NCBI GenBank assembly: GCA_018664045.1
Contig: JABJPE010000084.1
Span: forward strand, 551 to 64,550
Origin: Legionellales bacterium
Lineage (GTDB): Bacteria; Pseudomonadota; Gammaproteobacteria; Comchoanobacterales; Comchoanobacteraceae
Direction: 5' to 3'
DNA length: 64,000 nt
Shown here in pieces: positions 9,699 through 19,714 of this stretch. The translations under genes were made by a program, and so were the position numbers. Position 1 is the stretch's first letter. Each line of letters opens with the position of its first letter. Under the pieces are notes generated by a model. It was not told the origin of the DNA, searched no databases, and was given only the letters and a program-made list of their open reading frames with translations.

Positions 9699-10782
9699 CT
9701 CTAAAGTAAATTACATCACCATCTTGAACAATATAGTCCTTACCTTCTAGACGCCAAACCCCAGCATCCTTAGACCCTGCCTCGCCTTTATTTTCTATAT
9801 AAGCATCATAACTTATAACTTCGGCCCTAATAAATCCCTTAATAAAATCAGTATGAATAACTCCTGCTGCAGACTGTGCAGTATCACCCCTACACATAGT
9901 CCAAGCCCTGACTTCTTGCACACCTGCAGTAAAAAAGGTCTGTAAGCCCAAAACATCGTAACCAACTCTAATTAAATTATCTAAACCTGACTCAGCCAAA
10001 CCTAAATCCTCTAAAAAAGAAACCTTATCTTCATCATCTAACTCCGACAATTCGGCCTCAATTGCAGCACATACTACTATAACATGAGAATCATGTTCTT
10101 TAGCATAACCTGCCAACATATCTACATAAGGATTATCCTCTAATTGATCTTCAGAAACATTAGCCACGTATAAAACTGGCTTTGCTGATAAAAGCTGCAT
10201 TTGCTCAATTACTTCTTGCTCTAATTCTGATAAGTCTTTTATATTTCTTATCGGGCCCTCACTACCTAAGTATCCATGGAGCCTATCTAATACTACAAGC
10301 TTAGCCCTCGCTTCCTTATCACCACTTTTTGCTATTTTTGCTGCCTTGTCTTGAGCCTTCTCTACAGCATCTAAATCAGCCAAACATAGCTCTGTATCTA
10401 TTGTTTCAATGTCGTCTATCGGGTTAACATACCCAGCAACATGAGTTACTTCAGGGTCATCAAAACACCTAACAACATGAACTATTGCCTGAACCTCACG
10501 AATATTAGCCAAAAACTTATTACCTAGACCCTCACCCTGAGCAGCCCCAGCAACAAGACCTGCAATATCAACAAACTTCATACAAGTTGGTATTACCTGT
10601 TTAGGATTCACTAACGCAGCTATACTATCTAATCTTTTGTCAGGCAGAGGAACTATTCCTATATTCGGCTCAATTGTGCAAAAAGGGTAATTTGCAGCCT
10701 CAATTTTAGACTTAGTTAACGCATTATATAAAGTTGACTTACCAACATTAGGAAGCCCTACAATACCACATTTAAAACCCAT
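9688..10782 (-). CDS. ychF: redox-regulated ATPase YchF (Obg-like)
   Basis: MGFKCGIVGLPNVGKSTLYNALT and the C-terminal TGS-like GKDYIVQDGDVIYFRVN. 364 aa. Confidence 0.95.
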   Translation of the reverse strand: MGFKCGIVGLPNVGKSTLYNALTKSKIEAANYPFCTIEPNIGIVPLPDKRLDSIAALVNPKQVIPTCMKFVDIAGLVAGAAQGEGLGNKFLANIREVQAIVHVVRCFDDPEVTHVAGYVNPIDDIETIDTELCLADLDAVEKAQDKAAKIAKSGDKEARAKLVVLDRLHGYLGSEGPIRNIKDLSELEQEVIEQMQLLSAKPVLYVANVSEDQLEDNPYVDMLAGYAKEHDSHVIVVCAAIEAELSELDDEDKVSFLEDLGLAESGLDNLIRVGYDVLGLQTFFTAGVQEVRAWTMCRGDTAQSAAGVIHTDFIKGFIRAEVISYDAYIENKGEAGSKDAGVWRLEGKDYIVQDGDVIYFRVNS

Positions 10783-10801
10783 AAAAACTCCTAAATAAAA
10801 G

Positions 10802-11392
10802 CTATAAAGAAACGTGTAAGTTTCTTACAGCCCTTTGTAAATCACCCGATACAATATCATCTATATTAAATAAAACATCACCAAGAGCGCCATCTATTAG
10901 ATTAAAATCATTTTTACTAGATTTTGACAATACATAATCAGAAACTAAGTCCGCACTACCTGGATGACCAATGCCAATACGTAAGCGCAAAAAATCATCA
11001 CCACCAATATGAGATTTAATGCTTTTTAAGCCATTATGGCCAGCACAGCCACCACCTTCTTTTATTCTAACGACACCAGGCTGAAAATCTAATTCATCAT
11101 GGGCGATTAAAATTTGAGATGGCGAGATTTTAAAGTAGCGCATATATTTAGCTATTTCAGACCCATTGTTATTCATATAAACTTCTGGGGTTAATAAAAT
11201 TACAGGCGCTCCGTTTATTCGACACTCTGCAACTTTTGCCTTGCATGTTTTAATAGAAACTAAAGGGCCACCATAACTAGAAGACAACATATTGACAAAC
11301 CAAACACCAGCATTATGCCTGGTTTGTTCATATTTTTGGCCTGGGTTTCCCAAACCAACTATTAGCTTTATATTATCCCTAGAATCACTCAA
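10802..11392 (-). CDS. pth: aminoacyl-tRNA (peptidyl-tRNA) hydrolase
   Basis: LIVGLGNPGQKYEQTRHNAGVWF and GHNGLKSI motifs. Confidence 0.95.
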   Translation of the reverse strand: MSDSRDNIKLIVGLGNPGQKYEQTRHNAGVWFVNMLSSSYGGPLVSIKTCKAKVAECRINGAPVILLTPEVYMNNNGSEIAKYMRYFKISPSQILIAHDELDFQPGVVRIKEGGGCAGHNGLKSIKSHIGGDDFLRLRIGIGHPGSADLVSDYVLSKSSKNDFNLIDGALGDVLFNIDDIVSGDLQRAVRNLHVSL

Positions 11393-11419
11393 AACCGTGA
11401 CCCTGATACATTATAACTA

Positions 11420-12055
11420 CTAGCTATCAGTGTTTTCTTCTTCACCAGAAATTCCATCATCATCACTTTCTACAGAAGAACGAGGTTCATGTATAGTAAT
11501 TATAGCCTGGTCATTGTCTGCATCTACATGCGAAGTCAACTCAACACCTTTAGGAAGCTTAATTTCTGAAATATGAGCTTTGCCACCTAAATTTAGACTA
11601 GAAACATCAACGCTAATGCTCTCAGGTAAATCTGCAGGCAAACATTTAACCTCTATCTCTGTTAGTAAATGCGTTGCCACACCACCTGCTTTTACTCCAG
11701 GAGATTTATCTTCTCCAACGAACACTAGAGGTAAATATATTTTTATTGCTGAAGAGCTATCAATTCTATAAAAATCCAGGTGAACTGCTGTTCCCTTATT
11801 TGGATGTATTTGTGAGTCTTTAAGCATAACCTGCTCCTTGCTGCCATCAACATCAAGATCAATTATATGCGAATAGAACTCAGGCTTCTGCATTGCATGA
11901 TTTATTTCTTTAGCATTAACATATATGTTTTGATTATCCTTACCAGCTCCATATATAACTGCAGGCACCAAACCTTTTGCTTTGCAAATAGTCCTAGTTT
12001 CACCACGACCTACTTCACCCCTTTTTATAGCTGTCATTTCTAATATTTGTGACAT
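11420..12055 (-). CDS. rplY: 50S ribosomal protein L25 / general stress protein Ctc
   Basis: VPAVIYGAGKD and a Ctc-type C-terminal extension with an acidic tail. The start is set at MSQILEM, preceded by GAGGAG; the ORF-track start at 12082 would overlap prs. Confidence 0.9.
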   Translation of the reverse strand: MSQILEMTAIKRGEVGRGETRTICKAKGLVPAVIYGAGKDNQNIYVNAKEINHAMQKPEFYSHIIDLDVDGSKEQVMLKDSQIHPNKGTAVHLDFYRIDSSSAIKIYLPLVFVGEDKSPGVKAGGVATHLLTEIEVKCLPADLPESISVDVSSLNLGGKAHISEIKLPKGVELTSHVDADNDQAIITIHEPRSSVESDDDGISGEEENTDS

Positions 12056-12074
12056 TTTTTGTCTCCTCTTTTTA

Positions 12075-13022
12075 TTAATCAATAAACATTGAGCTAATTG
12101 ATTTGTTACTTATTAACCTATTAATAGTCTCCGCTATTAAACTACCCAACTTAAGCTGTCTAATTTTACTGATAGATAACACCTCTTCACTACAAGCGAT
12201 AGTATCAGTAACAACAAGCTCATCCAACTTTGAATCCAAAACTGTTTGCCCAGCCCCTCCTGATAAAACAGGATGAGTACAATACGCAATCACTGATGAC
12301 GCGCCATTATTTTTTAATATTTCAGCTGCCTGACATAAAGTTCCTGCGGTATCTACCATATCATCAACAATAATACAGTCTTTACCAGAAACATCGCCAA
12401 TTATATTTAAAACTTCGACTTGATTGTGGCGAAAACGTCTTTTATCTATAATAGCAAAGTCTTTATCTAAACGCTTAGCTATAGCTCTAGCCCTAACAAC
12501 ACCGCCTATATCTGGCGCAACAATTATGGAGTCACGTAACTTTTCATTATTTTGTATATCATCACGCATAATAGGTGTTGCATATATATTATCAACAGGC
12601 ATACTAAAAAAACCTTGTATTTGCTCTGCGTGCAAATCAACTGTCACACAACGAGACACACCTACAGAAGAAAGCATATCAGCAACTACTTTTGCTGTAA
12701 TAGCAACTCTTGCAGATCTTACTCGGCGATCAGCCCTTGCATAACCAAAATAAGGCATAACAACTGTTATGCTTGCTGCAGATGCACGCCTTAATGCATC
12801 AGCTAAAATCATAAGCTCCATTAAATTGTCATTACAAGGAGAAGAAGTTGACTGAATAACAAAAATATCTTTGCCTCGGACATTTTCTTTAATTTCCACC
12901 CTAATTTCACCATCGCTAAAACGGCCAATATCAACCTGGCCTAGACTAAGACCAAGATAATTAACTATAGATGTAGCTAAAGCAACGTTAGAGTTACCAC
13001 TAAAGATTTTAATGTTGTCCAC
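12075..13022 (-). CDS. prs: ribose-phosphate pyrophosphokinase
   Basis: [24 protein letters not shown] and [12 protein letters not shown] (PRPP loop). GTG start preceded by GGAGAA. Confidence 0.95.
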   Translation of the reverse strand: MDNIKIFSGNSNVALATSIVNYLGLSLGQVDIGRFSDGEIRVEIKENVRGKDIFVIQSTSSPCNDNLMELMILADALRRASAASITVVMPYFGYARADRRVRSARVAITAKVVADMLSSVGVSRCVTVDLHAEQIQGFFSMPVDNIYATPIMRDDIQNNEKLRDSIIVAPDIGGVVRARAIAKRLDKDFAIIDKRRFRHNQVEVLNIIGDVSGKDCIIVDDMVDTAGTLCQAAEILKNNGASSVIAYCTHPVLSGGAGQTVLDSKLDELVVTDTIACSEEVLSISKIRQLKLGSLIAETINRLISNKSISSMFID

Positions 13023-13055
13023 TTAACTATTCTCCGCACTTGCTATAACAGTGCA

Positions 13056-13130
13056 TGGCTGGGGTGGCAGGATTCGAACCTGCGAATGCGGAGATCAAAA
13101 CCCCGTGCCTTACCACTTGGCGACACCCCA
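13056..13130 (-). tRNA. tRNA-Gln (anticodon UUG)
   Basis: The reverse complement reads TGGGGTGTCGCCAAGTGGTAAGGCACGGGGTTTTGATCTCCGCATTCGCAGGTTCGAATCCTGCCACCCCAGCCA. It has a 7-bp acceptor stem, anticodon loop TTTTGAT (UUG), T-loop GGTTCGAATCC and an encoded CCA. It closely resembles E. coli tRNA-Gln. Confidence 0.93.
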
Positions 13131-13250
13131 GTGTAAAAATACATAATCGTCAATTCTCCTACTAATGTAGTAAATTGTCAATAAATACTTATGTCTAAAT
13201 TATAACCATAACAAAACTCTATTGTCACGTTTTTTATCAAAAACAATATC

Positions 13251-14444
13251 TTAGCTAATTATCTCAGGAGTTAAAAATATCAACAACTGCCTTTTACTCA
13301 AAACATCATCTGTTTCTTTAAATATCTCCCCAAATAAAGGCAATTCAGACAATAACGGAACATTATTATGAACCTGGGTTTTGTGCTGCTCAAAAATTCC
13401 ACCTAAAACCAAAGTATGACCTGATGGAACAACTGCATCTGTAGTTATTTTTCGTGTCTGGATAGCTAAAGCATCTGCATAAATCATGCCTGGATTATCT
13501 TGGCTAATACTGACTTTTATCTTCACTTTATCTGGAGAAATTATCTCAGGCAAAACCTTTAAGCTCAACACAGCCTTTTTAAAAACCACAGTACTCCTGC
13601 CATCTTTATTATATTCATGATAGGGAATTTCATCACCAGACTCAATAAACGCCAAATTGTTATTGGCTGTTATTAATTCAGGGCTAGATAGTATGCGGCC
13701 ATGCCCTTGTTGCTCTATAGCTCTTAGCTCCACATCTAAACTAGGCAACCCACCAGGAAATAAGCCAAACAAAGAATTAGTTATTTTTTTAGCATGGCTA
13801 GCAACTCCTGCACCTTTTGGATAATTAAACTTTAAACCAAACTCATGTAAATAATTTTCGTCAACACTAACTAAATATGCTTTTATTCTTATTTGCTGCA
13901 AAGGCTGATCATAATCAGTTAATATTTTTTTTAATAAAACAAAGTCATCTTTAGGCGCTACTACTGTAATACTGTTTGCATAATAATCTTTATCTGTAAT
14001 AAAAGTTACAAATTTTGGGGTGTTTTTTTCAAGATAAGTTATAAATTTATTAACCCTCGTATTTTTTAATACCAATTTACCTGTTTGCAATACCTTTTTT
14101 TTACTTTTATCTATAATTTTTTCAACATCACGGCAAGACCCAATGTAAAAACTACCCAACACTTCCTCACCACACAAGCTTGAACTTAAAAGCACAGAGT
14201 CTAAAGCATTTTTTACAGATACTTTGCGTAAATTTAAAGATATATTCCCATTAATTTTAGAGATAAATACTATGTTTTTATCTTGAGCTAAAACCAATTG
14301 CTTTATCAAATCATACAAAGGCAATTTATCACCCTCTAGCGCAATCGAACCATCATCTAAAAAGTCCAAATAACTAATTTCAAATGGATTATCAGAACCT
14401 GCAAAAACAACTGAAAACATAATCAATAAAAATATTTTTTTCAT
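13251..14444 (-). CDS. pilQ: short type IV pilus / competence secretin (PilQ/HofQ family)
   Basis: Signal peptide MKKIFLLIMFSVVFAG. Secretin C-domain motifs LSSPELITANNNLAFIESGDEIPY, GHTLVLGGIF, VPLLSELPLFGEIFK and LLIFLTPEII. 397 aa, close to HofQ size. Confidence 0.8.
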   Translation of the reverse strand: MKKIFLLIMFSVVFAGSDNPFEISYLDFLDDGSIALEGDKLPLYDLIKQLVLAQDKNIVFISKINGNISLNLRKVSVKNALDSVLLSSSLCGEEVLGSFYIGSCRDVEKIIDKSKKKVLQTGKLVLKNTRVNKFITYLEKNTPKFVTFITDKDYYANSITVVAPKDDFVLLKKILTDYDQPLQQIRIKAYLVSVDENYLHEFGLKFNYPKGAGVASHAKKITNSLFGLFPGGLPSLDVELRAIEQQGHGRILSSPELITANNNLAFIESGDEIPYHEYNKDGRSTVVFKKAVLSLKVLPEIISPDKVKIKVSISQDNPGMIYADALAIQTRKITTDAVVPSGHTLVLGGIFEQHKTQVHNNVPLLSELPLFGEIFKETDDVLSKRQLLIFLTPEIIS

Positions 14445-14746
14445 TTAATACTAACCTTTAATAATTTTTTACCGAAACCTTTTTTTTCTACAGTAATCTT
14501 ATTAAACTCACACTTCTTATTTTTCTGGTAATCCTTTAAAAAACTTATTAAATCAACAAATATAAATTCCTTATCATTGAAAGAATCACAATGAGTATCT
14601 TTATTAAAGCCCACCAACATATTATCTACATCTCCAGAATTAATATAAATAAACGCGCAAAAGTAACAACATATAAAAAACACCAAAAAAATCACTATAA
14701 AAAAACAACGTCTCCTTAGCCCCAAAATATCAATAAAACAAAACAT
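14441..14746 (-). CDS. hypothetical single-TM protein in PilP/PilO position of the secretin operon
   Basis: 101 aa with an N-terminal TM (CFFIVIFLVFFICCYFCAFIYI) and a small soluble domain. 4-nt overlap with pilQ. Assigned by position only. Confidence 0.35.
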   Translation of the reverse strand: MFCFIDILGLRRRCFFIVIFLVFFICCYFCAFIYINSGDVDNMLVGFNKDTHCDSFNDKEFIFVDLISFLKDYQKNKKCEFNKITVEKKGFGKKLLKVSIK

Positions 14747-15932
14747 TTAAATCATCCATTTTTGCAGTAAAATCACCCTGCCCACTTTTAGAAACCCTCC
14801 AGTTTTGACCTAAATTTTTCTTTAGCTTCACATATGAGCCCAAACTTTTAAAACCACCATGCACAGTTAACCTTCCGGAACTATACACAATATCGTTAAG
14901 CACTGTATTGGCCGGCAACAAATAAGAAGATCTCTGTAAAAAACCAATAAAATTATTAATTTTTTTCGTTTTCCTCAAAGGTTTATTTACCACATTATAA
15001 TTAAAAGCATCATGAAATTGCCTGCCTAATAAACCAGATGAAAAATACTCAATACCAAAAACAGCCAAACCTAATAAAATAACATATAAAAAACACATAA
15101 AAACACAATGCTTACTCCAGTAGTTAGCCGGGATTAAATTTTGCTTCGAAAAAATACTTGGCCTAGAAACACCAATATAGCCAATAAAACGATCAAGGCT
15201 TAAATCACTAATATTTTCAACTTCAGTAAGGCCAAACAAATTAGGCAAGCTAGCCACTAAAAAACCATTACTCTCTGCAGTTATAAATAAAGTTTTATAG
15301 TGTTTTTTTGTAACGATAAGCCACCAATGGTCAATCTTTTCTACAAAATTGTTAACCTCTGCAATAACTATTGATGGGTTTACTTTATCAGAAGAATCAT
15401 ATGTCGCATGACTTACGATCTGACCTTTATACAAAGCAAATTGATAGATTTTACTTTCACACTCGAAAAAATACCAACCACAATTATTTTTCGGCAACTG
15501 CCTAACAACTATAGCTGAAAACATAGACCATACATCTTGGCAACTATGCAAACAAAACCCAATTGCATGTAAGTTATTAAACGACATCTTTAGATATTTT
15601 TTTTCTATAACCAAATATCTGAATAAAGAAAATTCATCACCTTTATATACTTTTATCTTTTTTATAATATAAAACTGAGGGGGATTATGTAATATATCAA
15701 TAAGACTAGCATAGCCATCAAGTGCATCTAAATTATTAGATTTTAAAATATAACTATTAAAACCTGCGTGCATAAAATCAATGCACAAACTGCCATTTGT
15801 CGTGTTTATATAGGAATCTAATGCCATTTTAAATGATGTGTTTTTTGTCTTGGTTAAAAGCACCGTATTGCCTTTATCATCAATATAACCATCTATATTA
15901 CTGTTCTTTAGTAAAAACAACCGGGGCTCCAA
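14730..15932 (-). CDS. hypothetical bitopic protein, possibly a fused PilM/PilN-like pilus assembly component
   Basis: About 270 aa of cytoplasmic region, one TM (HCVFMCFLYVILLGLAVFGIEYF) and about 100 aa of periplasmic region. Overlaps the next pil ORF. The ORF-track start is a TTG and is uncertain. No clear sequence motif. Confidence 0.3.
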   Translation of the reverse strand: MEPRLFLLKNSNIDGYIDDKGNTVLLTKTKNTSFKMALDSYINTTNGSLCIDFMHAGFNSYILKSNNLDALDGYASLIDILHNPPQFYIIKKIKVYKGDEFSLFRYLVIEKKYLKMSFNNLHAIGFCLHSCQDVWSMFSAIVVRQLPKNNCGWYFFECESKIYQFALYKGQIVSHATYDSSDKVNPSIVIAEVNNFVEKIDHWWLIVTKKHYKTLFITAESNGFLVASLPNLFGLTEVENISDLSLDRFIGYIGVSRPSIFSKQNLIPANYWSKHCVFMCFLYVILLGLAVFGIEYFSSGLLGRQFHDAFNYNVVNKPLRKTKKINNFIGFLQRSSYLLPANTVLNDIVYSSGRLTVHGGFKSLGSYVKLKKNLGQNWRVSKSGQGDFTAKMDDLNVLFY

Positions 15933-16103
15933 AATACGTGATTTTCAAGCATAGAAACTTATAGAATAAAGAACAATACAGGGTGGAAAATAGGCTTTCA
16001 ATTTTGAAGCACAACTCTTGACAGCTATAAAAAGCATAAATAAAAATAAATTACTAGGAGCTCACACCTAACAAAGAATTAACGTAGGGCGGCAGCAAGA
16101 TCT

Positions 16104-17303
16104 TTAAATGCAACAATTAACATTCGTATTTTGATAATCACCCCTAATCGGTGCCCCTCCCTCACAAACCCTCATAAAAACTGTTATTTTTGCAGTATTG
16201 TCATCCACAGTATCTCTTACAGGAAAACTCTGAAAACCAAAAGCCCCCATACCTCTTGGGCCTCGGTTATAACCCAAAGTAGAAACAGTATTTTCGCCTG
16301 TTTTTTCAACAACAATAGTAGTATTACCACCAAAGCCTGCAGTTTTATGTATATTGTTTCGTATATCAAAAAAGCGGGTAAGGTGAATATCTCCAGGTTG
16401 AATCTCTTCTGCTGCCACAGGCTTGTACCTACATCCAATATATCCGATAGTAGTTAATGGCAACCAGTTATTAAAAACAGACCCGCTACCAGTTAGTAAT
16501 CGATAATTAGCAAATAAATCAAGATTAGAAAATTTATAAATAGAACTAGTTATTTTTGCAACCCATGAATCGCAGTCTTCCGGACCAAATTTTTTACCTA
16601 AAGGATAAAGAGACTCTTCACCAATATGTCCACCATAACTGTAACCACTATGCGCATAACCAAAACCATTTATACCTTCAAAAGACCTATATGCATAACG
16701 ACACTTATAATCCAACCTGAAATCATCAGGAAGTGGAGCAACGTGGCATATTGCAGAATCCAAGCAAATATCATTAATGGTTTTTTTAGTAAGAGTAAAA
16801 TAAGTGGATATAATTGCGTTATTTAAAACACTAACAACAGAACTTCCCCAAAACTCTCCCCCCAATTTTGGAATATCATAAATTATATTTGACAAACCAC
16901 CAGGCATTTTACCATTAGCAATCTTAAAAATTTGGGCATCGTCATCACCAAATAAAGAAATAGTTTCACTAAGTATTAAATCCATTTTGTTTTGTTTAAT
17001 AGATTTAGTTATCAAACTTTTATCATCATACAGACGTATATTTTCTGTAAAACCTCTTATATACATTCTATCTTTCTCAATATCAGACCTTACCAGCCTA
17101 GACAATTCTTCACCACTTATATCAATAATATCTTCATAGGCAGATTTGTTTTTATCAAGTAAGAAGTCTTGCTCTTTTTTTATTTGCAAGCTCCTTTCAC
17201 GAATTTCATCAATACCTACAAGTAAAGGATTGGGCTCACTAAAACACTCTGAAGAAACAACTTCTTTCATTATTTTATTCCATGGTATTAAAATATCACT
17301 CAA
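16104..17303 (-). CDS. orphan hypothetical protein (possible papain-fold/NlpC-P60-like C...GD...H arrangement)
   Basis: 399 aa with no signal peptide or TM. PEDCDSWVAKI (C244), QPGDIHLTRF (H307), NNIHKTAG (H319), ending in NVNCCI. The TTG start overlaps the ponA stop by 8 nt; an alternative ATG lies at 17270. Confidence 0.45.
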   Translation of the reverse strand: MSDILIPWNKIMKEVVSSECFSEPNPLLVGIDEIRERSLQIKKEQDFLLDKNKSAYEDIIDISGEELSRLVRSDIEKDRMYIRGFTENIRLYDDKSLITKSIKQNKMDLILSETISLFGDDDAQIFKIANGKMPGGLSNIIYDIPKLGGEFWGSSVVSVLNNAIISTYFTLTKKTINDICLDSAICHVAPLPDDFRLDYKCRYAYRSFEGINGFGYAHSGYSYGGHIGEESLYPLGKKFGPEDCDSWVAKITSSIYKFSNLDLFANYRLLTGSGSVFNNWLPLTTIGYIGCRYKPVAAEEIQPGDIHLTRFFDIRNNIHKTAGFGGNTTIVVEKTGENTVSTLGYNRGPRGMGAFGFQSFPVRDTVDDNTAKITVFMRVCEGGAPIRGDYQNTNVNCCI

Positions 17304-19611
17304 ATAACTCAGCTATGCTACTTATAGATCTATCATTTACTTGAGTATTAACAGAGTATTCTTTCTCTGGCATATTTTTGATATCAAAAATTTCGAAGCG
17401 ACTATTAATATCTTCTGAAGAAGTTAACAGTCCACTATTTAAGTTAACCCTAGCATTAATGATCCCTTCAGGCTGCTTTCTAGGATTATTTATATACACA
17501 TCTAAGGCTTGCCTCATATAATCAACCCATATAGGAAGAGCTAACTGTGCAGCATACTCGTGAAGTGATGCAGAATTATCAAAACCCAACCAAACTGTAG
17601 TTGCAATATCTTGATTATACCCACAAAACCAAGCATCTTTTTGATCGTTAGTTGTCCCTGTTTTACCCGATAAATCAGCTCTCTTTAATACAAGTGCGCG
17701 CCGCCCAGTGCCTTTTTTTATAACATCCTGGAGAACACTATTAATTAAGTAAGCGTTTTCTTCGCTAATAATCCTTTTAGGAACAGATATTTTGCTATAC
17801 TTACTACCCGGAATAACTATAGGCATATCATTCTGACCTAAGATACTTTTTATTAGAACTGGCCTGACCAAATAACCGCCATTTGCAAAAGCACTATATG
17901 CAATAGTATTTTGAATTGGAGTAGCAACCCCCGCACCCAAAGCCAATGAAAGCGAGCTTGGCATTTCCTCTTCACCAACAAAACCAAATTTTTCAATATA
18001 GCTCTTAGCAGAACCAATGCCTATATTTTCCAACAACCTAACTGAAACTAAGTTTCTAGATTTTGCCAGAGCCACCCTCAGACTTGTAGGCCCTGCAAAC
18101 TTATAATTAACATTATTTGGTCGCCAAAACTCATTATCCCCAGTATCCTTTATAACAATAGGAGAATCATTTATAACACTAGATAAGTTAAACCCATTCT
18201 CTAGAGCTGCCGAATAAACAAAAGGCTTAAATAAAGATCCTAGCTGGCGCTTTGCTTGAGTTGCTCTATTAAAATTACTTTCATAAAAATGATAAGAGCC
18301 ATTTAGGGCTAAAATCTCACCAGTACTAGGACGAATAGAAACTAAAGCGCCATCAACTTCAGGATTTTGTGACAATATCCAATCACCATTTTTCAACTCA
18401 AGATAAACTAAATCATTTACAGATATAACTGTAGATAAATTAAGTTGGGGGTAATTCCTACGCCCATATATATTATTATTTAATGCCCATGCTAGCTGTG
18501 ACTGTGAAAGATTAATTTTCTCACCAGTTCTAGTCATAACCGTTAAATCTTTTTCTGATACAGATATAACTCCTGCTGGTACTTGTCTTTTCAATATGGT
18601 TTTTTTATCTAATAAACTAGGCCATAAAGATCTATCTTCAGGTAACAAATACTTTGGCTTCCTAAGACCATGCCTTTTATCATATGTTAAAACACCTTCA
18701 GTCAGAGCTTCTACTGCACTTTTCTGCTTAGATGAATCTATTGTAGTGTAGACTTTCAAACCCAAGGTATAAACACCTCTACCAAAAACATTTAATAAAT
18801 CCTGGCGAACAATCTCAGCAACATGTGGTGCTAAAACATCTATTTTTACACCATGTATTTTCTCTGTTATCGGTTCATCTTTTGCTAAAAGGTAATCATC
18901 CATAGATATATAATTTAAATCCAGCATGTTTGCTAAAACATAATTTCGCCTCAACATTGCCTTTTCTGGATTGGATATAGGGTTATTAGTTGAGGGGGCC
19001 TTAGGTAGACCAGCTAACATAGCAAATTGTGCTAACCCTATTTGATCAAGGTCTTTCCCATAATAATTTCTAGCTGCAGCTTTTATGCCATAAGCACGAT
19101 GCCCTAAAAATATTTTATTTAAATATAGTTCCAGTATCTGATCTTTGGATAGCAGTAATTCTATTTTAAAAGACAAGAGTATTTCATTAAATTTTCTGGC
19201 ATATGTTTTTTCAGTTGAGAGAAAGAAATTACGGGCAACCTGCATAGTTATCGTACTTGCTCCTTGGCTTTTTCTGCCGGTAAGAAAGAGTTCTTTTACC
19301 GCCCTCACAATACTTATAAAATCAACACCGTGGTGCTGATAAAATCTGTGGTCCTCTGCCGCTATAATTGCTTTTTTCATAATAACAGGGATATCTTCAT
19401 GCCTTACTGGAAGACGATGCTTTTCACCGTATTCAGCAATAAGATCTCCATCTGCGGTATAAATTCGCATAGGTACTTGCATTTCATTATCAAGTAACAT
19501 CGATGCACTTGGTAACACAAAATATGCATATAGAATTATAGCAGTAACAGTTGCAATAAAAATAAACGCAAAATTTTGTAGAAACCTATAATTTTTTGTA
19601 TTAAAACTCAT
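17296..19611 (-). CDS. mrcA: penicillin-binding protein 1A (bifunctional glycosyltransferase/transpeptidase)
   Basis: GT51 motifs EDHRFYQHHGVD and GASTITMQVARN. Transpeptidase motifs SLFKP (SxxK), SRN and KTGTTND. N-terminal TM anchor. Confidence 0.95.
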   Translation of the reverse strand: MSFNTKNYRFLQNFAFIFIATVTAIILYAYFVLPSASMLLDNEMQVPMRIYTADGDLIAEYGEKHRLPVRHEDIPVIMKKAIIAAEDHRFYQHHGVDFISIVRAVKELFLTGRKSQGASTITMQVARNFFLSTEKTYARKFNEILLSFKIELLLSKDQILELYLNKIFLGHRAYGIKAAARNYYGKDLDQIGLAQFAMLAGLPKAPSTNNPISNPEKAMLRRNYVLANMLDLNYISMDDYLLAKDEPITEKIHGVKIDVLAPHVAEIVRQDLLNVFGRGVYTLGLKVYTTIDSSKQKSAVEALTEGVLTYDKRHGLRKPKYLLPEDRSLWPSLLDKKTILKRQVPAGVISVSEKDLTVMTRTGEKINLSQSQLAWALNNNIYGRRNYPQLNLSTVISVNDLVYLELKNGDWILSQNPEVDGALVSIRPSTGEILALNGSYHFYESNFNRATQAKRQLGSLFKPFVYSAALENGFNLSSVINDSPIVIKDTGDNEFWRPNNVNYKFAGPTSLRVALAKSRNLVSVRLLENIGIGSAKSYIEKFGFVGEEEMPSSLSLALGAGVATPIQNTIAYSAFANGGYLVRPVLIKSILGQNDMPIVIPGSKYSKISVPKRIISEENAYLINSVLQDVIKKGTGRRALVLKRADLSGKTGTTNDQKDAWFCGYNQDIATTVWLGFDNSASLHEYAAQLALPIWVDYMRQALDVYINNPRKQPEGIINARVNLNSGLLTSSEDINSRFEIFDIKNMPEKEYSVNTQVNDRSISSIAELFE

Positions 19612-19714
19612 AACATACCAATATTCGCAATACTATATAATATTATAAAAAAATAGCATAGGATATAAAATAATGTGATAATATTATTTTATATCAAATT
19701 ACATTTAAACCTCA

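Noticed and set aside
16104-16115. C-terminal -NCCI of the 399-aa orphan as a CaaX prenylation box
   Set aside because: CaaX requires Cys at position -4, and here the Cys residues are at -3 and -2. It is mentioned only as a possible non-canonical lipidation site.
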